A DNA stretch of 64,000 nt. It comes from Thermoplasmata archaeon (GTDB lineage Archaea > Thermoplasmatota > Thermoplasmata > UBA10834). The translations under genes and the position numbers were made by a program. The DNA lies in NCBI GenBank assembly GCA_041304525.1, contig JBFYNF010000045.1:7479-71478 (forward strand). Reading direction: 5' to 3'. Below are positions 18,218 to 26,442 of the stretch, piece by piece. The notes under the pieces were generated by a model that worked only from the letters and a program-made list of their open reading frames with translations, was not told the DNA's origin and did no database searches. How positions within the stretch are numbered: the stretch's first letter is position 1; each line of letters begins with the position of its first letter.

Positions 18218-19450
18218 CTACCTCTGTGTGCGCTTGGCGGCCGACACGGCTGACAGGTAGTCCTCGATGCGCTTGATACGCATAGACACCTTGGCCACGT
18301 CGTTCGTCAGGGTACCGATCCTGAGGACCAGTTCGTCAGGAACCCTTGGCTCGGGGATTATCGGTATGTCGGGCATTCTGATGTTCTCGGCAATCGACCG
18401 CACCGTGGCGACCTCCTCGACCAGTTCTTCGAACCTGGCGGGGAGGTCGTCCTCGCCCTCCTCTTCCTCCGGGACCCGCAGAAGCTCGATTGTGCTCTTG
18501 AGAGCGGTCACTTCGTCGGCCAAATTCGCGACTGCCGACTGGGTGCCCGAATCCTTCGCAGGTGCATGAGAGGATGCGATAGCCTTGTCTATCTTCCTGT
18601 CCGTTGTGGCCAGTATGACACCGAGCCCCTTGGCGATCTTCTTGTCCAGCTCGATCTTGAAATCGTGGAGTTCTCCCCTCAGATGTTCCTGGACGTCCTC
18701 CAACTTCTCGCCTTGGAGCTTCACGTCCCTGAGCATCGTGGTGAGGTCCGACATGAGGGAGGATGCACCTGACAACGCCTCGAGGTCGTCAGGGTCGAGC
18801 TTACCGCCCGCTGAAGCGATGTTGCAGTGCCTGAGACCGTCGACCATCGCAAGCATGTCCACGGTCGGGCCGCTCCTCTGGACCGCCTGCCTGATCGGCT
18901 CCAATCGGGCCATGACAGTCTCGGCCATCTTCACGGGGTTCTTCGTCCATTCGCCCATGTTGCTGAGCTCGCTCATGGCCTTCTCAAGCTGACGAGTGGC
19001 GTCAACCATGTCCGAACTCTCGATAGCGCGTATGTCCCTAATCGCGTCGCGCCGTCCCTTGGCCACGGCGTCATCCACAGAGAAACCCTCGTGAGGATAC
19101 ACGGTCGCCAGGTAGGACACGCCGGACATCACCTTGCCCATCACGTATTCCCAGTCTTGGCTAGTGACGGCTATCGTCGGCCTCTCGGACTTCTCGAACA
19201 GTAGGCAGAAACTGTCGTTGGGCATGTAGCATGCCTCGATGGAGTAGGGATGGTTCTTGTAGAACACTGGCGGGTGTTCAGGGCTCTCGCTCTGGACTGC
19301 GCCCATATAGGCGCCCATGTATGCCCTCGCGTAATTCGCGAGGTCCACGTCGGTGGGCCCTTTGTCCCTGCGCCCGCTCGGTTCTGCGCTCATATCCGCA
19401 CCAGGCATTGTGTCAACCTGGCTCTCACATGCCGTACTTGCGAAAGGCAA
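18218..19450 (-). CDS. coiled-coil hypothetical protein (410 aa), co-directional with the upstream wHTH gene
   Basis: Long ORF with good codon bias. Central and C-terminal heptad-like Glu/Lys/Leu-rich segments. No recognised enzyme motif. Confidence 0.5.
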   Translation of the reverse strand: MPFASTACESQVDTMPGADMSAEPSGRRDKGPTDVDLANYARAYMGAYMGAVQSESPEHPPVFYKNHPYSIEACYMPNDSFCLLFEKSERPTIAVTSQDWEYVMGKVMSGVSYLATVYPHEGFSVDDAVAKGRRDAIRDIRAIESSDMVDATRQLEKAMSELSNMGEWTKNPVKMAETVMARLEPIRQAVQRSGPTVDMLAMVDGLRHCNIASAGGKLDPDDLEALSGASSLMSDLTTMLRDVKLQGEKLEDVQEHLRGELHDFKIELDKKIAKGLGVILATTDRKIDKAIASSHAPAKDSGTQSAVANLADEVTALKSTIELLRVPEEEEGEDDLPARFEELVEEVATVRSIAENIRMPDIPIIPEPRVPDELVLRIGTLTNDVAKVSMRIKRIEDYLSAVSAAKRTQR

Positions 19451-19549
19451 ACTACAGCATGCCGCATCGGGTAGAACGGTGAAATATGTTTCCGGTCGAA
19501 TCTCGGATATGATTATCAGTCCGGACGAGCTCAGCGAGATGCTCTCTGT

Positions 19550-19930
19550 CTACACAGCAGCGGAGGCGATCCAGTCCTCGGACCACTTCACCTGGCCGGT
19601 CCTGAGTTCGAACTTCAGTCGCACCTTGCCGTCATCGAAGAATATCTGGGCGCGTCTGACCTGAGACAGATAGGTCCTTGTCCACTTGCCCTTCTGCGTG
19701 AGGACCTTACCCTCGCATTCCAGGAGTCCTTCTGAAAGGAGAGTGTTGACCCTCCTGTAACCCAGCGTGACTGGTATGTCCAGACGTTGGCACATGTCCT
19801 GGACGGTGCGCGGCCTGTCCCTCGAGTAGATGAGGATCTTGGCCGAGTACTCATCGACCAAGAGCTTGGACAGCTCGTACGCGTTCATCCCAGGTGGCCT
19901 CGACCTTGACAATTCTATGTCATCCGTCAT
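19550..19930 (-). CDS. small winged-HTH DNA-binding protein (candidate archaellum regulator, EarA-like by context)
   Basis: 126 aa; paralogous to the ORF at 20179-20547 (shared pattern DEY...IL.......R...ELA...DIP....YR....L...GL.E.EG..LT..GK). Sits divergently next to the archaellin genes. Confidence 0.55.
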   Translation of the reverse strand: MTDDIELSRSRPPGMNAYELSKLLVDEYSAKILIYSRDRPRTVQDMCQRLDIPVTLGYRRVNTLLSEGLLECEGKVLTQKGKWTRTYLSQVRRAQIFFDDGKVRLKFELRTGQVKWSEDWIASAAV

Positions 19931-20178
19931 AAACCATCTGGCTCAATTCCAAGCCGAGACAATCAGAGACGATACACCGCCCTATGAGACAGTTCTGACA
20001 GCAAGGAGTGAGGGACGTATCTGGCCGGCCTGAAAGGACGCCTGTGAGAAGTTCGTGTGATTCTCACCCGTTACAAACAAATCGTGAATTATATATATTG
20101 ACAAAATAGTACCCCTGGACAAGGGATGGGAATAAGCTCTAACTCCCCCCTAACGAGGGGATCCGAACGGCTACCGAA
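19931..20178. promoter_or_regulatory. divergent promoter region between the two wHTH genes (AT-rich, TTATATATAT box)
   Basis: Only markedly AT-rich stretch locally (aaatcgtgaattatatatattgacaaaatagt); lies between two divergently transcribed genes. Confidence 0.45.
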
Positions 20179-20547
20179 TTGGGCATCACAGCGGACGCTA
20201 AGAAGCTGAGTATCGCGCAGATACTCACAGACGAATACAACATGAACATCCTTGCAGCCACGAGCCACAAGGCCCGTAGCGCCAGGGAGCTTGCGTTCAT
20301 GTTCGATATACCACTCGCGAGCTGCTACAGGAAACTGAGGGAGCTCGGGACATCTGGTTTGATCGAGCAGGAAGGCAGCGAGCTCACATCGGATGGGAAG
20401 AGGTACAAGGTGTACCGCTCGATGATAGGGAGCGTGACGATGGTCTACGAGAAGGGCACTCTCCGCATGAAGGTGGACATGAACTTCAGGTCCGCCCCGC
20501 TCGAGATCATCCAGAATATGGCGTTGCCGAAGTCGAGAGAGTTCTGA
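20179..20547 (+). CDS. small winged-HTH DNA-binding protein, paralogue of 19550-19930
   Basis: TTG start in the track; 122 aa. Alignable over its whole length to the divergent neighbour. Followed by two hairpins (20566-20584; 20605-20630) and a T-tract. Confidence 0.55.
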   Translation: MGITADAKKLSIAQILTDEYNMNILAATSHKARSARELAFMFDIPLASCYRKLRELGTSGLIEQEGSELTSDGKRYKVYRSMIGSVTMVYEKGTLRMKVDMNFRSAPLEIIQNMALPKSREF

Positions 20548-20604
20548 TTCTGCGAGAAGATTGTGCCTGCGGAGCCTCCGCAGGAAACCTTTGCATAGTC
20601 ATGC

Positions 20605-20638
20605 CAGCATGTGCGGCCGGCGGCACATGCTGATTTTC
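20605..20638 (+). terminator. hairpin plus T-tract downstream of wHTH gene 2
   Basis: AGCATGTGC-GGCCGGCG-GCACATGCT (9-bp stem) followed by GATTTTCT. Confidence 0.4.
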
Positions 20639-20746
20639 TAAAAAGAGAATCACACCGGAACCGTCTTCTATTACACATGATAATCATTCATGGCTCTCAG
20701 GGGCGGAAGTAACGCTCCGCGCAGGGCAACGCTTGGACTATCCACA

Positions 20747-20769
20747 GGGCATGTAGACCTCCAAGGGAG
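20747..20769 (+). repeat. conserved 23-nt archaellin-upstream motif, copy 1 (ACTATCCACAGGGCATGTAGACC)
   Basis: Identical 23-mer recurs at 22208-22230 and, inverted, at 24218-24240; this copy is about 150 nt upstream of archaellin 1. Confidence 0.6.
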
Positions 20770-20919
20770 TGAGCTAGAACAACAACGAAGGCGGATAGGC
20801 CAGGCAGCGGATTCTGGACCCATGTCATAACGGCAGTGCTTCCTCACTACCGTCCTCCAATCCCATGGTCCCAGGACACGATGCCTAGCCTTCCCGCACA
20901 CACCACGGAGGTATGAGAA

Positions 20920-21534
20920 ATGAAGAAGATATCCAAACCCAGAAGGGTGCGGATGGGCGAAGAGGCCGAGATGGGGGTCGGGACATTGCTGATCTTCATC
21001 GCGATGATACTTGTCGCGGCGGTTGCCGCGGGGGTGCTCGTCCAGACCGCGTATGTACTACAGCAGCAGGCGGAGTCGACAGGAGATCAAGCACTGATGG
21101 AAGTGGCAACGGGATTCAGAATACTCGCGGCGTACGGGGTGACGAACCTATCGGTCCCTGAGGTGACCGACCTATACATCAAGATAACCTTGGCGGCAGG
21201 TAGCCCGGTCATCAACCTCGAGCACGTGATCATCGAGATCACGAACGGCGACAACGACGTTTCGCTGGCGTTCAATGTCACTGGCTCTGATGTGGATTAC
21301 TTCGGCGCGACACAGATCAGGGACACCTATCCCACGAACGACTGGACCACTGGCGAGCCGGGGATGACACAAGGCGACATCGCCCTCATCCACGTGAACC
21401 TTAGTGCGAACAGCCTCAGTCTGGCGTCGCAGCAGCAGGCGGACCTGTTGATCATCCCGAAGCACGGCATACCGACATACCTGTCGGTGGTTGCGCCGTC
21501 AGTGCTCTCGAACACCTACGAGAACCTCACCTAG
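20920..21534 (+). CDS. arlB: archaellin (FlaB/ArlB) 1
   Basis: Class III signal peptide ..EAEMG|[26 protein letters not shown] and archaellin core. RBS GGAGGT upstream. Confidence 0.85.
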   Translation: MKKISKPRRVRMGEEAEMGVGTLLIFIAMILVAAVAAGVLVQTAYVLQQQAESTGDQALMEVATGFRILAAYGVTNLSVPEVTDLYIKITLAAGSPVINLEHVIIEITNGDNDVSLAFNVTGSDVDYFGATQIRDTYPTNDWTTGEPGMTQGDIALIHVNLSANSLSLASQQQADLLIIPKHGIPTYLSVVAPSVLSNTYENLT

Positions 21535-21557
21535 AAGGCTTTGAAGGATGTGATTCC

Positions 21558-22019
21558 ATGAACGAGGACGGGGAAGCCGCGTTGGAAGTGATTTCGGTCG
21601 ATTCGAGGACCAACATCATCACGATGCGGTGGCTCTCGTTCCTCATGGACAAGATTGACCCTGAGGCATTGCCTGAGCTGTTCGTCTTCTACAAGAGGAT
21701 AGGGTGGCTGGGAACGCAGGCAGCCGCGTACATGTCTGCGTTGGCCGAAGGGGCGAAGCCCGAAGCGCCTTCTGAAGAGCAGGCGCTGATGGAAGAGGAC
21801 GTCGAAGACCACAACCTCCTGATAAGGAGAGGGACCGATTCCGGAAAGGAACCGATGGTGGAAGAGGTCGACTGGCGGCTGACGCCCGAGGACCACATCA
21901 AGTGCTGGATGTTCATGATGGAGATAGCCGGATTGGACGTCGATAGGAACACTTGGGTAGAGGTCGACGAGCGCATCAGCCGGTTCGAGAGAAGGCTCGC
22001 GGACTACTACAAGGTATGA
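21558..22019 (+). CDS. FlaD/E-family archaellum accessory protein (ArlE-like)
   Basis: Contains the Arch_fla_DE-type block TMRWLSFLMDKI. C-terminal HIKCWMFMMEIAGLDVDRNTWVEVDERISRFE is homologous to the C-terminus of the FlaC/D ORF at 25285-26442. Confidence 0.6.
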   Translation: MNEDGEAALEVISVDSRTNIITMRWLSFLMDKIDPEALPELFVFYKRIGWLGTQAAAYMSALAEGAKPEAPSEEQALMEEDVEDHNLLIRRGTDSGKEPMVEEVDWRLTPEDHIKCWMFMMEIAGLDVDRNTWVEVDERISRFERRLADYYKV

Positions 22020-22153
22020 TACTCTGTAGGTGCTCCGCCGCTGCGCTGAGAGAGGCAAACATACACACAGGGCATCCGAACGTACCTGGACCAGGCTTCG
22101 GCCAAACCCTTTACAATTCTGATTTTCTCCCGTGAAAATCACGGCTGGTCGCC

Positions 22154-22161
22154 TTATATAT
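22154..22161 (+). promoter_or_regulatory. candidate TATA box (TTATATAT) upstream of the giant archaellin gene
   Basis: AT-rich box about 45 nt upstream of motif copy 2 and about 205 nt upstream of the ATG; flanked by a duplicated ATATCAAC. Confidence 0.35.
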
Positions 22162-22202
22162 CAACGGCCCTGATTGAATATCAACAGCCTCCAACGCATC
22201 TC

Positions 22203-22230
22203 GAGGCACTATCCACAGGGCATGTAGACC
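22203..22230 (+). repeat. conserved archaellin-upstream motif, copy 2 (GAGGCACTATCCACAGGGCATGTAGACC)
   Basis: 28-nt version shared exactly with inverted copy 3; followed by the hairpin CTCGTCC-tca-GGACGAG and a GAGCTAG block also seen after copy 1. Confidence 0.6.
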
Positions 22231-22365
22231 GTAGGCTCTCGTCCTCAGGACGAGCTAGTAGGCAGGTCCGTAGGACCTGCCCATTCTGATAGTGTCCCAC
22301 GTTGGTGACCGCTGCAATCCGAACATAGCCACGTTCCATGCCCTCCAAACACGGAGAGGACTGGG

Positions 22366-24087
22366 ATGGGGCTTCGCAAGATCCGACAACTGAGGGCACA
22401 GGACGAAGAAGCCGATATCGGTATCGGTACTCTGATCATCTTCATCGCGATCGTACTAGTGGCGGCCATTGCGGCATCGCTCATACTGTACGCGGCCGCG
22501 CTGCTCCAGGAGCAGGCTGAGAGGACCGCGGACGACGCAGTATCGGAAGTGGCTGGTGGCCTGTCGGTCATCAACATAGCGGGTGACCGAAACCCGGACG
22601 GAGAAGCGTCGACGATAGTCTCGGGATACATGCCGGTGACTGACAACCATGCGCCCATCGGTGGAATACTATGGAATGTCACAGCCTCGACCGACGGGAC
22701 GTCAGTACTAGGGGTTGCCCTGAACTGGACCCCTGCGAACGATTTCGGGTCAGGGTTGTACGAGGAGATCGTGTACCGCACCTCCGTGTACGATCCCACC
22801 AACCCGGCCGTATTCAACGAACAGATCGCAAGGAACCGTCTCTTGACGCTCGACCAGCTGAACCCATCCATGGAGCTCGTCAGGCTCGGCGCGGGTTCCA
22901 GGTCTACCGTCCAATACACTGACTACACCGTTAGGGACGACAACTCGACCTCCTACGCCTACGCCATAGTGGGCGTGGACAGGGCGGGGAACGTCGTACT
23001 CTACACAGCCATCGACAGCTCCACCTCCACGGACGGCTCGTCGCATGACGAGGACCTCGTGCCGCCCTCCGGCGGCTCGATGACGAGCACTGCCAGGCCC
23101 GACGAATATTCAGTGGCGCTGTTCTGGGTGCCTGCGAGTGACGGCGCGAGCGGAATAGATGCTCAGAGGCTGTACAGGACCGAGGGGGCTGTGAGCTCTC
23201 TGCCTATAACCATCCAGGATGGAAGGACCGTGGTGACTGTCCCAGTCACGGTGACACTCTTGGAGGAGTTCAATTCCACCACATCGAGTCACGTCGACGC
23301 TCCCTCTGAGATCGGGGTGTACACGTACTTCATCGTGGTCCGAGACAACGCTGGGAACGAGGAGTTCATCGGCACCCTCAGTTACGACGCGCAGACGGTC
23401 GATTCGAACCCGCCCGAGAACGCAGGGTCGGTATCCGTCAGACAGGCCCCACAGTCAATGAACATATCCTGGACGGAGGCGACCGATGCGCAGACGGCTG
23501 TCTCTTCGTACCTGATCTTCAGGAGCACGAGTATCGGCACCCTTGACACGATTGAAGAGCTCATGACCATGGCGCCGTTGGCGGAGCTCGACTCGAGCGC
23601 CGGGAACTACTCCGACTACTCCGGTACGTCGGGCACGCTCTACTACTACGCAGTCGTGGCAGTCGATTCCGCCGGCAATTACGCTCAGTCCTCGATGCCA
23701 TCCAACACCATACAGATGATCGAGATCAAAGTCAAGACCGTCCCGGGAAGCAGGCCTGTGCAGTTCACGACCATGATGATCGAGATAACCGATGGCATGA
23801 CCGATGTCACCCTGAACTTCAACTCCGGTCAGTTGGGGGCCTCCGGCGCGACCGCCACCATGTTCTCCGCAGAGATCCTGAGGGATCCCGACAGCACCTT
23901 CGCCACCACATTCTCACTCTACGATGGTGCCCTAGTGAAGGTCTTCATCGACGCGGGCGAGATTGGATTGAGCCTGCATGCGGACTCGTCGTTCTCCCTC
24001 AAGTTCATACCGGCAATCGGGCAGCCGACCCTCGAGGAGTGCAGGATACCATACCTCGGTACGTATAGGTACGTAATACTCGTGTGA
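22366..24087 (+). CDS. arlB: giant archaellin (573 aa) with FN3/Ig-like central insert
   Basis: N-terminus ..EEADIG|IGTLIIFIAIVLVAAIAASLILYAA (class III). C-terminus IEIKVKTVPGSRPVQFTTMMIEITDG..VTLNFNSGQ matches the conserved archaellin C-domain. About 330 aa of FN3-like beta-repeats lie between. RBS GGAGAGGA. Confidence 0.75.
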   Translation: MGLRKIRQLRAQDEEADIGIGTLIIFIAIVLVAAIAASLILYAAALLQEQAERTADDAVSEVAGGLSVINIAGDRNPDGEASTIVSGYMPVTDNHAPIGGILWNVTASTDGTSVLGVALNWTPANDFGSGLYEEIVYRTSVYDPTNPAVFNEQIARNRLLTLDQLNPSMELVRLGAGSRSTVQYTDYTVRDDNSTSYAYAIVGVDRAGNVVLYTAIDSSTSTDGSSHDEDLVPPSGGSMTSTARPDEYSVALFWVPASDGASGIDAQRLYRTEGAVSSLPITIQDGRTVVTVPVTVTLLEEFNSTTSSHVDAPSEIGVYTYFIVVRDNAGNEEFIGTLSYDAQTVDSNPPENAGSVSVRQAPQSMNISWTEATDAQTAVSSYLIFRSTSIGTLDTIEELMTMAPLAELDSSAGNYSDYSGTSGTLYYYAVVAVDSAGNYAQSSMPSNTIQMIEIKVKTVPGSRPVQFTTMMIEITDGMTDVTLNFNSGQLGASGATATMFSAEILRDPDSTFATTFSLYDGALVKVFIDAGEIGLSLHADSSFSLKFIPAIGQPTLEECRIPYLGTYRYVILV

Positions 24088-24129
24088 TTCTTGGAAGCCA
24101 GTCGTCCCGGAATCAACGCGGAGCGAATC

Positions 24130-24158
24130 AGGGGTGAGAATCACCCCTAGTAATTTTT
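24130..24158 (+). terminator. hairpin plus T5 terminator after the giant archaellin
   Basis: AGGGGTGA-gaa-TCACCCCT followed by AGTAATTTTTCT. Confidence 0.55.
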
Positions 24159-24217
24159 CTGAATATTTGTATAATAATGTTTATGACTTGTCCTCTCGAT
24201 AGTAAGGGCTCGAGAGA

Positions 24218-24245
24218 GGTCTACATGCCCTGTGGATAGTGCCTC
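24218..24245 (-). repeat. conserved archaellin-upstream motif, copy 3 (inverted orientation)
   Basis: Reverse complement of 24218-24245 equals GAGGCACTATCCACAGGGCATGTAGACC. Adjacent hairpin CCTCTCGA..TCGAGAGAGG. Lies about 320 nt upstream of archaellin 3, downstream of an AT-rich box TTTGTATAATAATG (24166-24179). Confidence 0.6.
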
Positions 24246-24566
24246 TCAAGCCAACCTTGGGAGGCACATCTCTCTCACTCCCCGCTGTAGGGCACGGCGG
24301 TTGCCTCGGAGGTGAGGCGTGAGGACCTGGTAAACACGATTGACCTGGTTGCCGCCAGAATCGATTGATCGCCCCAGAGCAACGACGTGCCAAGTACGGG
24401 GTACAAAACCGTGTGTTTTGGACCTACATCGAGCAGAGGAAGCTCTCGATGTCCCGCCTGTGGCGGGGGAGCCAGGATCGGCTCTGACGATCCCCGCGCC
24501 GGCAGGTTCGCCGGTCGTCCCTCAGGTACGGAACCTGGGAAAGATGCGAGATTGGAGGAAGAAAGA

Positions 24567-25181
24567 ATGCAGAAACTAGCATGGAAGAAGAGGAAGATGG
24601 AAGAGGAAGGTGAGATGGGTGTTGGTACCCTTCTGATCTTCATCGCCATGATACTCGTAGCCGCTGTGGCCGCGGGTGTACTGGTTCAGACCGCATACAA
24701 GTTGCAGCAACAGGCTGAGAGCACCGGTAACGAGGCACTGCAGGACGTCGCCACGGGCTTCAAGGTCCTGACTGTCTGGGGAACCACGGGCACTGGTGGG
24801 AACATCACTGACGTGTACCTGAAGATCGCCCTTACGGCGGGCAGCCCCGGCATCAACCTTGCAGACGCCAAGATCGAGGTCATACAGACAATCGGCGGAA
24901 CCACTGCCTCTGAAGTGACCCTTGATTATGTGGACGGCGCGCCATCGGCATCGGCGTTCAACGCAACTGTGCTGAGGGACATGGCTCCGTCGACGACTGC
25001 CGCGATGATGACCTCTGGCGACATATTCCAGGTCCACCTTGACCTCGAGACGATGGTCATGGGTCTGGATGTCCAGGAGCAGCTCTCTGTGTTGCTGATG
25101 CCGAAGCACGGTGTCCCAACACTGTGTGAGATAACTGCGCCCTCGACGCTCGAGGCAAGCAGCGTGGTTGTCCTGAAGTAG
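24567..25181 (+). CDS. arlB: archaellin (FlaB/ArlB) 3
   Basis: [18 protein letters not shown]|[26 protein letters not shown]; near-identical signal and N-domain to archaellin 1. RBS GGAGGAAGAAAG. The track ORF starts further upstream (24387) without archaellin-like sequence. Confidence 0.85.
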   Translation: MQKLAWKKRKMEEEGEMGVGTLLIFIAMILVAAVAAGVLVQTAYKLQQQAESTGNEALQDVATGFKVLTVWGTTGTGGNITDVYLKIALTAGSPGINLADAKIEVIQTIGGTTASEVTLDYVDGAPSASAFNATVLRDMAPSTTAAMMTSGDIFQVHLDLETMVMGLDVQEQLSVLLMPKHGVPTLCEITAPSTLEASSVVVLK

Positions 25182-25284
25182 AGACACAAGCCTCTGCGAA
25201 CCCGTCAGGGCATCACCAAACCCCTCCCTTTCTGGGAGGGGGATGGTGCCCTGACTAGAGAGCACGGGGAAATGGTGTAAGGAA

Positions 25285-26442
25285 ATGGCTGGCCTGTTCC
25301 GCAAGAAACCAGAGAAAGACGGTTCCTCCGCAAGAAGGAAGCTGAAAGGCTTCGAGGAGGGATTCGAAGAGGAGGCGGAAGAGGGGGCCTACGAGGAGAC
25401 TGAGACTAGCCAGAGAGCCGACAAACTCGTCAGCGCGGAAGATGAAGACTACTTGGGAGAGGACGAGGCCAGCGGCGCAGGTCTCGCAGGCGTCAAGGAG
25501 CTAAGCGAGCTCATGGGACGCCTGGAGGAGATCGAGGACAAGATGGGCCGGATCGACTCCGCTCTCACAACGGATCGGAACGAGAATGCCAAGGTCCGGG
25601 ACCGGCTCAATCAGATGGAACAGGACATCAGGAAGCTCCTTTCCGTCTACGAGGTCGTGTCCACCAAGTTCAACCCCTTCCTAGATGTCTCCGAGAAGAC
25701 CCCCCCACCTGTCCAGCCCCAACCGGCTGTGATGCCTGAGCCCGCTCCGTTCGCTCCAATCGAGCTGGACGGGGACATACCGGAGTTCCGGCCATATCAG
25801 GAAGGGGAAGTGGAGCCGCCCACCTTCAATGGCAAAGGGCCCAAGGCCAGCCGCGACGCCGCCCCGTGGGAGCCAGGGACGTCAACCGCTACCGTTGAGA
25901 CAGTGTTCTCCGGACCCAGGAGAGAGCCCCCACCGACACTCGACAAGACCTCGAAGGACGAGAAGTATGAAAGGCAGGTGAGAGCGTCCGCGAGGAGCAA
26001 ACACAACAAGAAGCCGCTCCTTGCGTACATCCCACACGACTACCTGACGCTGGTCCTCGTGATGCGCTGGATAGAGTTCCTGTTCGAGCGCGTGACCAGG
26101 GAAAGGATGTCGCTCGTGCTAGACTACTATGTCGATGTAGGATGGATCAGCGAGGACGTGAAATCAGAGATCATGTCCTACGCGCGCGGAGAAATGCAGG
26201 ATGTGACCAAGTACATGGGCCAAGAGGAGGTAAGGGAGGACGTGTTCCGCGACCTCCCGCCGCCGACAGCGGCCCCGTACAAGAAGGTCGAGGACTGGCG
26301 TCTGTCCGCAGACGACCACCTGAAGTCCCTGCTGTTCGTGCAGAAGATAGCCGGACTAGAGGTTGACAAGGACCGCCTTAACTCCCTCGAACAGAACATC
26401 TCCAAATTCAAGGAGAGTCTGGAGGGCTTTCATGGGGTTTAG
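25285..26442 (+). CDS. FlaC/FlaD-like archaellum accessory protein (N-terminal FlaC-type coiled coil, C-terminal FlaD/E domain)
   Basis: Coiled-coil block LEEIEDKMGRIDSALTTDRNENAKVRDRLNQMEQDIRKLLSVYEVVSTKFNPF is FlaC-like. C-terminus has LVLVMRWIEFLFERV and ..LLFVQKIAGLEVDKDRL homologous to the ArlE-like ORF. Confidence 0.7.
   Translation: MAGLFRKKPEKDGSSARRKLKGFEEGFEEEAEEGAYEETETSQRADKLVSAEDEDYLGEDEASGAGLAGVKELSELMGRLEEIEDKMGRIDSALTTDRNENAKVRDRLNQMEQDIRKLLSVYEVVSTKFNPFLDVSEKTPPPVQPQPAVMPEPAPFAPIELDGDIPEFRPYQEGEVEPPTFNGKGPKASRDAAPWEPGTSTATVETVFSGPRREPPPTLDKTSKDEKYERQVRASARSKHNKKPLLAYIPHDYLTLVLVMRWIEFLFERVTRERMSLVLDYYVDVGWISEDVKSEIMSYARGEMQDVTKYMGQEEVREDVFRDLPPPTAAPYKKVEDWRLSADDHLKSLLFVQKIAGLEVDKDRLNSLEQNISKFKESLEGFHGV

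Noticed and set aside
22121-22144. Hairpin CCGTGA-aaa-TCACGG preceded by a T-rich run after the ArlE-like gene, considered as a terminator
   Set aside because: The T-run precedes the stem rather than following it. More likely part of the promoter region of the giant archaellin; left unannotated.
24387-24566. N-terminal extension of archaellin 3 given by the ORF track (start 24387)
   Set aside because: The upstream 60 codons are Arg/Gly/Pro-rich and unlike archaellins 1 and 2. ATG 24567 has a GGAGGAAG RBS and reproduces the archaellin-1 signal-peptide architecture. The extension also runs through the conserved non-coding motif region.
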